Shown: one piece after another, positions 1-7,572 of the stretch
How positions within the stretch are numbered: the first letter of the stretch is position 1
Layout of the letters: each line of letters opens with the position of its first letter
DNA from: Candidatus Dojkabacteria bacterium HGW-Dojkabacteria-1
GTDB taxonomy: Bacteria; Patescibacteriota; Dojkabacteria; SC72
Assembly: GCA_002840365.1 (NCBI GenBank)
Contig: PHAO01000001.1
Span: 524,360 to 588,359, forward strand
DNA length: 64,000 nt
Reading direction: 5' to 3'
The notes under the pieces: model-generated
Databases searched by the model: none
Told to the model about the DNA's origin: nothing
The model's input: only the letters and a program-made list of their open reading frames with translations
Position numbers and translations under genes: made by a program

Positions 1-1
1 C

Positions 2-592
2 TTCACATCTACAGTATGGGATTCAAATCAAACCTCTATATCTGCTATCTCAAATGGTGCAAGGTCACCTGATATCTCATATGGAGGAACACCTCTTGCT
101 CTTGATGGTACTTTGTATTACTGGAGAATTAAATTTTGGGATCAAGCAGGTACAGAAAGTTCTTGGTCGTCAACGGCAACCTTTAGAATGTCTGCAAACC
201 CATATGCACCAATAGAGTTGAAAGTAGATGGTAGAACAAATCCACCATTAATAGACAGTGCAAGACCAACCTTTTACGCTACACATAGAGATGCAAACGA
301 AGACAATGCAATATTTGTTGAGATAAATGTAAACAGTAATGCTTCCTTCACAGGAACAATCAAATGGAATACAGGAAAAGTTAGCATAGACCCAGTAGTA
401 CATGGAGCAGAATATACTGTTACATATGGTGGAACACAACTCTTAGGAGACAGTACAACATATTACTGGAGGATAAGGTTCTGGGATGTAGATGACAATG
501 TAAGTCCATGGTCTGCAACTGCTTCCTTTGTAGATTTATTCAAATATACAAGAATGAATGGTATAGGTATGGATGGATTGCAAATAAACTAG
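2..592 (+). CDS. C-terminal part of a fibronectin-III/Ig-like repeat protein, probably secreted (5' partial)
   Basis: Frame is open from the window edge. Two repeats, YYWRIKFWD..G..SSWS.TATF and YYWRIRFWD..D..SPWS.TASF, are typical Fn3-like beta-sandwich ends. Confidence 0.65.
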   Translation, partial: FTSTVWDSNQTSISAISNGARSPDISYGGTPLALDGTLYYWRIKFWDQAGTESSWSSTATFRMSANPYAPIELKVDGRTNPPLIDSARPTFYATHRDANEDNAIFVEINVNSNASFTGTIKWNTGKVSIDPVVHGAEYTVTYGGTQLLGDSTTYYWRIRFWDVDDNVSPWSATASFVDLFKYTRMNGIGMDGLQIN

Positions 593-608
593 TAAAATAC
601 ACGCTACA

Positions 609-1340
609 ATGAGTTTAAAATTCGATTCAGCTAAAAAATTAAGAAAAGAGAAAACCAAACATAAGGTAGAATCTTGGGAAGAGTATGAACAAAGAGAAGA
701 ATCTTTTATTAAAGAAAGACTTCAAAGCAAAGAACCAACCATATCTGCACAAGTAAGAATTACTGGTGGTAAAGCTAAAAACTTTCATATCGACATACCA
801 AGAACAACAAGACCTCTAACTGATAGGATGAAAGTAAGAATATTTGATTTACTCAGAGAAGATGTAAACAAGAAAACCGTACTAGATCTTTACGCTGGAG
901 CCGGCTCTTTTGGTTTAGAAGCACTTTCAAGAGGAGCAAAAGAAGCAACTTTTGTAGATGCTTCTAAACAAGCCTTCCAAGTTATAAGTGCAAATGTTGC
1001 TCACACTGGATTTTTACCAACATCAACAGTTGTTAAATCAAAAGTAGAGGAATACCTTTTCAAAAAGATTAAGGAAGATATTACCTTCGATATCATATTC
1101 ATGGATCCCCCATACAAGCTCTACAACACAAAAAGAGTATTTAAAATGCAGGAAGTCGTAAACCATGCATCGTATCTTTTACCGGGAGTAAGAAATCCTG
1201 AAAGCAAGAAATTTAAAGGTGTGTTAATAATAAAACACCCAAGAAGATATCCCATTGATAACTTACTTCTTGAATATGTAAAAAGAGTAGAAACATTCGA
1301 ATTTGGATTAAATTCAATATCTTTCTTCATTGTTAAATAG
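609..1340 (+). CDS. rsmD: RsmD-family 16S rRNA m2G966 methyltransferase with charged N-terminal extension
   Basis: RITGG, TRPLTDR, LDLYAGAGSFGLEALSRGA and DPPY motifs. Confidence 0.85.
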   Translation: MSLKFDSAKKLRKEKTKHKVESWEEYEQREESFIKERLQSKEPTISAQVRITGGKAKNFHIDIPRTTRPLTDRMKVRIFDLLREDVNKKTVLDLYAGAGSFGLEALSRGAKEATFVDASKQAFQVISANVAHTGFLPTSTVVKSKVEEYLFKKIKEDITFDIIFMDPPYKLYNTKRVFKMQEVVNHASYLLPGVRNPESKKFKGVLIIKHPRRYPIDNLLLEYVKRVETFEFGLNSISFFIVK

Positions 1341-1346
1341 TTTTAA

Positions 1347-1375
1347 TTGCATAATTAATAGAAAAAGCATAAAAT
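1347..1375 (+). promoter_or_regulatory. sigma70-type promoter upstream of the thrS leader
   Basis: TTGCAT (1347-1352), 17-nt spacer, TAAAAT (1370-1375). Confidence 0.6.
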
Positions 1376-1382
1376 ACTACAG

Positions 1383-1448
1383 ATGTACAAGAAATTTGGC
1401 ATTAACAAAACAGAACTCGTTAAAGTTGTTTACACAACATCCTTCTAA
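1383..1448 (+). CDS. putative thrS leader peptide MYKKFGINKTELVKVVYTTSF (21 aa)
   Basis: ATG is 7 nt after the -10 box. Tandem ACA-ACA Thr codons overlap the hairpin AACATC/GATGTT, which is followed by a T-tract. Confidence 0.45.
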   Translation: MYKKFGINKTELVKVVYTTSF

Positions 1449-1509
1449 TGATGTTTTTCTTTTCAAGGAATTTTCCCAAAATATTTTTTAATTCAGTATA
1501 TATATCGTT

Positions 1510-3267
1510 ATGAAACAAGAAGAAGTAAGTAATTTAGAGAAAATGAGACATTCAGCTTCCCACGTACTTGCACAGGCAGTACTAAAATTATATCCCGATG
1601 CCAAATTGGGTATAGGGCCAGCAATTGAAAATGGTTACTACTATGATTTTGAATTCGCAGAACCATTAGAAGAAGAAAATCTAAAAGAGATAGAAGAAGA
1701 GATGAAAAAGATAATAAAGAAGAAACTACCGATAACTCAAACCTTTATGAAGCGAAAAGACGCTATCAAATATCTCAAGGATATCGGACAAGAGTACAAA
1801 TTAGAACTCCTTGAAGAAATTCCTGATGAACAGGTAAGTTTCTTTGTAACTGGGGATAGTGAATTTGTAGATATGTGTAGAGGACCTCATGTAGAAGATA
1901 CTGGTGATGTAGGTCCAATAAAGTTACTAAAAACTGCAGGAGCATACTGGAGAGGTGATGAAACCAAGAAGATGTTAACTAGAATATATGGAACAGCCTT
2001 TGAAACAAAGGAAGAACTCAAGGAATATCTTGAACAACTTGAAGAAGCAGAGAAAAGGAATCATAGGAAATTAGGTAAGCAATTAAAATTGTTTGCAATA
2101 ATACCTGAGATAGGGCAAGGACTTCCTGTTTGGTTACCAAGAGGATATATGATAAGAAGAATTTTAGAAGAATATATGTTAGACCTTGAAAGAAAACATG
2201 GATATCAACATATATTAACTCCTCATATTCATAGGGGACATCTCTTTGAAACCTCTGGTCACCTTGGTTTTTACAAAGACTCAATGTACGCTCCAATAAA
2301 GGTAGAGGAAGATGATTACTATCTAAAACCTATGAACTGCCCTGCAGGTATGATGGTATATAAGCTTGAACCAAAAAGTTACAGAGATTTACCTTACAAA
2401 CTAGGAGAGTTTGGTACTGTATACAGATTTGAAAAATCTGGAGAATTACACGGCTTACAAAGAGTAAGAGGTTTTACTCAAAATGATGCACATCTCTTTT
2501 GTACTCATGAACAACTTGAGAGTGTGATAAATGAAACCTTAGATTTGCTTGATACCTTTTACAAAGATATTGGATTTAACAAGTACAGATTTAGACTTTC
2601 TCTTTCAGACACTGAAAAAAATCCAGATAAATATGCCGGAGATCCAGAAAAGTGGAAAATAGCAGAAGATACACTAAGAAAGGTATTAGTAGATAGGGGA
2701 TTAGAGTTCGAAGAAATGCCTGGAGATGCAGCCTTCTACGGACCTAAGATAGATATACAAGCTGTTAATGTATTCGGTAAAGAGGATTCCGTATCTACAA
2801 TACAACTGGACTTTAACCTTCCAGAAAAATTTGAAATTACATATATAGATTCTGATGGGGTAGAAAAACAACCATTTGTAATACACAGAGCATTGATTGG
2901 TTCTTTTGAAAGATTCTTTGCATTCCTGATAGAGCACCATGGTGGAGATTTTCCTCTTTGGTTAGCTCCAGATCAGGTAACTGTAGTTCCAATATCAGAG
3001 AAACATATAAAATATGCAAATGAAATTCTTCTTGCACTTAAGAATGCTGATATTAGAGCTGAAATTGATGACAGAAATAAGAGTATGCAAGCAAAGATTA
3101 GAGATGCAGAAAAACTTAAAGTTCCATACTTAGTAATAATTGGAGATAAAGAAATTGAGACTGAAACTGTATCTGTAAGATCAAGAACCAACAAACAAAT
3201 TGGATTGATGAAAAAACAGGAATTCATAGACTACCTTGAGGAAGAAATTAGAAACAAAGGTAGATAA
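1510..3267 (+). CDS. thrS: threonine--tRNA ligase (short form lacking the TGS domain)
   Basis: RHSASHVLAQAV, DMCRGPHV, KPMNCP, RVRGFTQNDAH, AFYGPKID, IHRALIGSFERF. Confidence 0.97.
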   Translation: MKQEEVSNLEKMRHSASHVLAQAVLKLYPDAKLGIGPAIENGYYYDFEFAEPLEEENLKEIEEEMKKIIKKKLPITQTFMKRKDAIKYLKDIGQEYKLELLEEIPDEQVSFFVTGDSEFVDMCRGPHVEDTGDVGPIKLLKTAGAYWRGDETKKMLTRIYGTAFETKEELKEYLEQLEEAEKRNHRKLGKQLKLFAIIPEIGQGLPVWLPRGYMIRRILEEYMLDLERKHGYQHILTPHIHRGHLFETSGHLGFYKDSMYAPIKVEEDDYYLKPMNCPAGMMVYKLEPKSYRDLPYKLGEFGTVYRFEKSGELHGLQRVRGFTQNDAHLFCTHEQLESVINETLDLLDTFYKDIGFNKYRFRLSLSDTEKNPDKYAGDPEKWKIAEDTLRKVLVDRGLEFEEMPGDAAFYGPKIDIQAVNVFGKEDSVSTIQLDFNLPEKFEITYIDSDGVEKQPFVIHRALIGSFERFFAFLIEHHGGDFPLWLAPDQVTVVPISEKHIKYANEILLALKNADIRAEIDDRNKSMQAKIRDAEKLKVPYLVIIGDKEIETETVSVRSRTNKQIGLMKKQEFIDYLEEEIRNKGR

Positions 3268-3294
3268 ATAAATTAATAAATATAAATATATTAA

Positions 3295-3882
3295 ATGGAT
3301 TTTAACAGCAACAAACCTAAGAAAGAATTAGAAACAAGAATAAATGAATGGATTAGAGTTCCAGAGGTATTGGTAATAGATCAGAAGGGTAACAATTTAG
3401 GTAAGATGAGTACCACAGAGGCTGTAAGACTAGCAAAAGAAGCAGAACTAGATTTAGTAGAGGTAGGTGCTACATCTCAACCTCCTGTTTGTAGAATTAT
3501 GGACTATTCAAAATATGTATACGAACAGAACAAAAAGATGAGAAAGAATAAGGCTGGTAAAGCAAAAGATCTTAAGGAATTTAGATTTAGCACAGTAATA
3601 GATGAAGGAGACAAAAACACAAGGATAAGAAGAGCTCATGAATTTTTACAAAAAGATCATCCTGTTAGAATCACAGTACAAAGAAAAGGTCGTCAGACAC
3701 GAGAACAAGCATTAGCAGTTTTCAATGATATATTGACGAATTTTACGGAATATAGTACTATAGAGCCCGAACCAAAGAGTGAAGGTAATAGAATTACAAT
3801 AACGTTTAAGAAAAATGGCACGTCAAAAAACAAACAAAACAGCAGTGAAGAGAATAAAGCTATCGAATCCCAAGGGGAATAG
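3295..3882 (+). CDS. infC: translation initiation factor IF-3
   Basis: RINEWIRVPEV, LDLVEV, PPVCRIMDYSKY; thrS-infC-rpmI-rplT synteny. Confidence 0.95.
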   Translation: MDFNSNKPKKELETRINEWIRVPEVLVIDQKGNNLGKMSTTEAVRLAKEAELDLVEVGATSQPPVCRIMDYSKYVYEQNKKMRKNKAGKAKDLKEFRFSTVIDEGDKNTRIRRAHEFLQKDHPVRITVQRKGRQTREQALAVFNDILTNFTEYSTIEPEPKSEGNRITITFKKNGTSKNKQNSSEENKAIESQGE

Positions 3883-4030
3883 AAAAGCTAAAATGATGTA
3901 CAACCAGAGTCACCAAGGTCACTTAAAGACTAAAAGAGCTTCTAGTTCAAAAAGAAGGCAAAGTGACAAAAGATTAGTATATGCTCCAACTCAAAAGAAT
4001 CTTAAAAGAGTAGTTGTTAACTTAAAGTAG
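3815..4030 (+). CDS. rpmI: 50S ribosomal protein L35
   Basis: MARQKTNKTAVKR, basic composition, position between infC and rplT. Confidence 0.85.
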   Translation: MARQKTNKTAVKRIKLSNPKGNRKAKMMYNQSHQGHLKTKRASSSKRRQSDKRLVYAPTQKNLKRVVVNLK

Positions 4031-4037
4031 TAAAATA

Positions 4038-4376
4038 ATGAGAGTCAAAGGTGGAACAGTAAGAAAAAGAAGACATAACAAGATTTTAGCCTTTACAAAA
4101 GGATATAGAATGACCAAGAGCAAGCTGTATAAGGTTGCTCACGAAGCATACATGCATGCTGGACAGTATTCATACAACGATAGAAGAAAGAGATCTGGAC
4201 AAATGAGAAATCTATGGATTCAGAAGATAAATGCAGCATGTAAGAACAATGAAATTCAATACAAGGATTTAATTGGAGGATTGAAGAAAAAGAATATTGA
4301 ATTAGATAGAAAAGTATTAGCTGATATCGCAGTAAATGACCCTCAGGTATTTTCCTTTATAGTGAAATCTCTCTAA
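4038..4376 (+). CDS. rplT: 50S ribosomal protein L20
   Basis: MRVKGG..RRH.K, LWIQKINAA, LDRKVLADIA. Confidence 0.96.
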   Translation: MRVKGGTVRKRRHNKILAFTKGYRMTKSKLYKVAHEAYMHAGQYSYNDRRKRSGQMRNLWIQKINAACKNNEIQYKDLIGGLKKKNIELDRKVLADIAVNDPQVFSFIVKSL

Positions 4377-5131
4377 GACTTCCTTCTAATCTTAAAGACT
4401 TCAGGAAGAAGACCTCCTTCGTTAACACAAAGAACACTTTCAATTTTCCAATTTTTGAATACTTTTCGTAACAAAGTTTTTTCCTGTGTTAAAAGAACAA
4501 GTACTCCTCTCTTACGAAGTAATTTCTCCGCAACTTTTTCTAATTCATAATATATTTTCTCATTTTTATCATGACTACCCACCCTTATACCAAAGGGCAA
4601 GTTACTAACAATTTTATCTATATTCCTTTTATTCAATTTTAATTCTGAGATGTCACTTTTAAATAATTTGTAACGCCTTGTGGGGATTCCGGCCTTTTGG
4701 AAATTAGACAAACTAGAATCTATTGCCTTTCCACTGATATCCGATGAAATAGATTTCTTTATATTGAAATATTTTATGCCCGTAATTGGTATAGTCGAAG
4801 ATCCACAGAATGGATCTAAAAGAATATCCTCGCTTTTTAAATCTGCAATCATACATAGTATATAAGCTAATGAAGGATTAATTCCTGCAGATACGAAATC
4901 CTTTCTCCAAGGTCTCCTTGAAAGATTTAAAATTCTCCCACTTGAATCCTCTATGTGGGTAGGAGACAGAAGATTTCTAAAAATCTCAATATTATTATCT
5001 TTATATTGAAATATCAGACTACCTTCTGAAACTTTTACAACTTTAGATTCAGGGTACTTACTCATCAAATCCCTTAGGACATAATCTTTAGTACCTGGCA
5101 AAAATTTAAGCGTATACATTGATAAATACAT
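4373..5131 (-). CDS. UPF0020/Trm11-Trm14-like SAM-dependent RNA (m2G) methyltransferase
   Basis: LLDPFCGSSTI and SNLPFG motifs. Start placed at ATG 5131 (or 5119) because the track start at 5236 overlaps the divergent gene. Confidence 0.75.
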   Translation of the reverse strand: MYLSMYTLKFLPGTKDYVLRDLMSKYPESKVVKVSEGSLIFQYKDNNIEIFRNLLSPTHIEDSSGRILNLSRRPWRKDFVSAGINPSLAYILCMIADLKSEDILLDPFCGSSTIPITGIKYFNIKKSISSDISGKAIDSSLSNFQKAGIPTRRYKLFKSDISELKLNKRNIDKIVSNLPFGIRVGSHDKNEKIYYELEKVAEKLLRKRGVLVLLTQEKTLLRKVFKNWKIESVLCVNEGGLLPEVFKIRRKS

Positions 5132-5148
5132 ACTAGGATAGTATACTA
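5119..5148. promoter_or_regulatory. bidirectional promoter with palindromic -10 (TAGTATACTA)
   Basis: Plus strand reads TTGATA-17 nt-TATACT. The palindrome at 5139-5148 gives TATACT on both strands, 8-9 nt from each divergent ATG. Confidence 0.5.
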
Positions 5149-5156
5149 CATGAAAG

Positions 5157-6371
5157 ATGCAAATACCAAAAGGTATAATTGTTAGACAACTTGACAAATA
5201 TGCCCATCTACTCAATCCGTATACTGGAGATATCATTTCTCTTCACAAGTCAGATTTCAAATCTTTAGAGAATGTAAAGGAAAAGGAGATTGATTCGGAA
5301 ATTATACAAGCACTACATTTACCAAGAGATAAAAAAATCTGCTCAAGAAACTTCCGAGCTAAACTCGTTGATCTAGGCGCATCCTACAGATTCCCTACTA
5401 TTGTCAACATAGAAATTACAAGAAGATGTCTACTTGATTGTAAGCACTGCTATATTTCTTCTCAGGAACATACTTCAATAGAGATTAAAGGTGTTGAAAA
5501 TATGACACGAAAAGAAGTAGACAAACTTATGCGAGATTTACATAGGATGGGAGTATTTCTCGTAGTCTTAACAGGAGGGGAACCAATGATTTCCAGAAAT
5601 TTCTCTTATTTCCTTGAAGCAAGTAAAAAGTACAACATGATTGTAGAAATTTTTTCTTGTTTACAAATTTTACCAAAGTCTGTAATCACACAGGAAGAAA
5701 ATAATATTGGAAGATTTCAGGTCTCTATATATTCACTAAAAGGTAGCATACATGATTCCATAACAAATCGAAGAGGGTCTTTGGAAAATTCATTAAAAAA
5801 TATAAAGGTATTAAAAGAAAAGGGATTTTACATTGAAATTGCAACTCCACTAATGAATATAAATTACAAAGAAAGAAATAATATTAAAAAATACTTCAAG
5901 AAGATTGGTATTGCACAAGATTTTTCTTGGCCGATTTTCAATGAATACTATACGGAAAGAACAAACAAATCGGAATTAAATATTGCAAACAAAGAATTTC
6001 TACAATTCGTAAAAGAAAATCCTTCTTTTTTGTTCAAATGTTCATACACTAATCCAGAAAATTCTCCATGCGTAGCAGGAAATTCTGTTTTTTCTATTGC
6101 TGCAGACGGAAGTGTCTTCCCGTGTAGTCAATTTCCCATGCAAATAGGGAATATCTTTACAAAGGGGGAAAATATAAAAGAGATATATGATGGACCAAAT
6201 ATGGATAAAGTAAGGCGATACAGGGTAAAAGATATTAAGGAGAACACAGATATATATAACTTCTGTATGGGAAACAATTTTTCTGAAACAGGGGATCCCT
6301 TAAAACAACCTTTATTTATAAAGGATTCTATAAATTATTGTCTGAAAAATCTCAAAAGAAAGGAGGTATAA
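5157..6371 (+). CDS. radical SAM protein with SPASM/twitch-like C-terminus (peptide-modifying type)
   Basis: CLLDCKHC (CX3CX2C), LTGGEP, HDSI; C-terminal CVAG..IAADGSVFPC..IGNI..FCMG..ETGD; N-terminal extension that may be an RRE. Confidence 0.88.
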   Translation: MQIPKGIIVRQLDKYAHLLNPYTGDIISLHKSDFKSLENVKEKEIDSEIIQALHLPRDKKICSRNFRAKLVDLGASYRFPTIVNIEITRRCLLDCKHCYISSQEHTSIEIKGVENMTRKEVDKLMRDLHRMGVFLVVLTGGEPMISRNFSYFLEASKKYNMIVEIFSCLQILPKSVITQEENNIGRFQVSIYSLKGSIHDSITNRRGSLENSLKNIKVLKEKGFYIEIATPLMNINYKERNNIKKYFKKIGIAQDFSWPIFNEYYTERTNKSELNIANKEFLQFVKENPSFLFKCSYTNPENSPCVAGNSVFSIAADGSVFPCSQFPMQIGNIFTKGENIKEIYDGPNMDKVRRYRVKDIKENTDIYNFCMGNNFSETGDPLKQPLFIKDSINYCLKNLKRKEV

Positions 6372-6373
6372 GT

Positions 6374-6451
6374 ATGATAAAAGCTGTACAAAAGAAATCT
6401 ACACAAGTCTATAATTGCACAAAATGTGCTTCAAGAAGTTCGCAGCACTAA
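6374..6451 (+). CDS. putative RiPP precursor peptide MIKAVQKKSTQVYNCTKCASRSSQH (25 aa)
   Basis: AGGAGG at 6361-6366 lies 7 nt before the ATG; the ATG is 2 nt after the radical SAM stop; CxxC core. Absent from the ORF track. Confidence 0.7.
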   Translation: MIKAVQKKSTQVYNCTKCASRSSQH

Positions 6452-6550
6452 GTAGAGCATAGGATCCCCTGAATCTGCTTACTATCAATTTCCCTTACCC
6501 TAAAGGAAAAAATATTGTATACTTTCTTCATAAAATCATAAGATTAATAT

Positions 6551-7570
6551 ATGAATCTTTCCGAAATTCTTAAACAAATTGATGACGATATACATTCTCT
6601 TTCCCCACAGGAATTAAAAAATAAATACCTTGCAAAAAATGGTCTTTTACCAAATCTTTTTGAGAATATCAAGAATATGCCTGTAGAAGAAAGAAAGGAT
6701 TTCGGCAGTAAAGTAAACGAAATAAAGAAATTAATTGAGGAAAATATAGAGAACAGAAAAACTGTAATAGAAGATATGAAATATGAAGAGATAGACCCTT
6801 CTGCACCATTTGATATAAATACAAAGGTAGAAAAAAGACCAAGAATACTCGACCTTAAAGGATCTTCCCATCCCCTTATGCAAGAATTAGAAAATATCTT
6901 AGATATCTTTCAAAGAATGGGATTTGATGTAATGGAAAGTAAACAATTAGATGATGATTTTCATATGTTTGAAAGTTTGAATTTCCCTAAAGGACACCCT
7001 GCAAGAGATATGTATGATACCTTTTGGACAGAGGATGGCTTTGTCTTACCTGCACACACATCTACAATGCAAAATAGGGCATTAAGAAGATATGGCCCAC
7101 CACCAATAAGGGTGGTATTGCCTGGAAGATGTTTTAGAAATGAAGCTACAGATGCAAGCCATGAACATACTTTCTATCAAATTGAAGGTATTTACGTAGA
7201 CAAAGGAATTTCACTTGCACATATGCAAGGCACTATTAAAGAATACCTTGAAAGATATCTTGAAACTGATTTAGAGATAAAGGTACAACCTTCGTACTTT
7301 CCTTTCACTGAACCAGATACAGAGTTTGTAATTAGTTGCCCATTCTGTGAAAAAAAAGGTTGTAGTACATGTGGATACACAGGATGGATTGAATTAATGG
7401 GTTGTGGAATGATACATCCTAATGTTCTCATTGCAGGTGGAATTGATCCAAAAGAGTATTCTGGTTTTGCATGGGGTGTCGGATTGGATAGATTAACTCT
7501 AATTAAAAGAGGAATAAATGATATTCGAAAACTTAGAGATGGAGATCTTAATTTCTTGAAACAATTTTAA
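6551..7570 (+). CDS. pheS: phenylalanine--tRNA ligase alpha subunit
   Basis: HPARDMYDTF, AHTS, YFPFTEP, GCGMIHPNV, GFAWGVGLDR. Confidence 0.97.
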   Translation: MNLSEILKQIDDDIHSLSPQELKNKYLAKNGLLPNLFENIKNMPVEERKDFGSKVNEIKKLIEENIENRKTVIEDMKYEEIDPSAPFDINTKVEKRPRILDLKGSSHPLMQELENILDIFQRMGFDVMESKQLDDDFHMFESLNFPKGHPARDMYDTFWTEDGFVLPAHTSTMQNRALRRYGPPPIRVVLPGRCFRNEATDASHEHTFYQIEGIYVDKGISLAHMQGTIKEYLERYLETDLEIKVQPSYFPFTEPDTEFVISCPFCEKKGCSTCGYTGWIELMGCGMIHPNVLIAGGIDPKEYSGFAWGVGLDRLTLIKRGINDIRKLRDGDLNFLKQF

Positions 7571-7572
7571 AT

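Noticed and set aside
1341-1509. T-box riboswitch upstream of thrS
   Set aside because: No TGGNACC T-box bulge sequence, and the region is short and AT-rich.
5132-5236. N-terminal extension of the methyltransferase given in the ORF track
   Set aside because: It overlaps the divergent radical SAM gene and the shared promoter.
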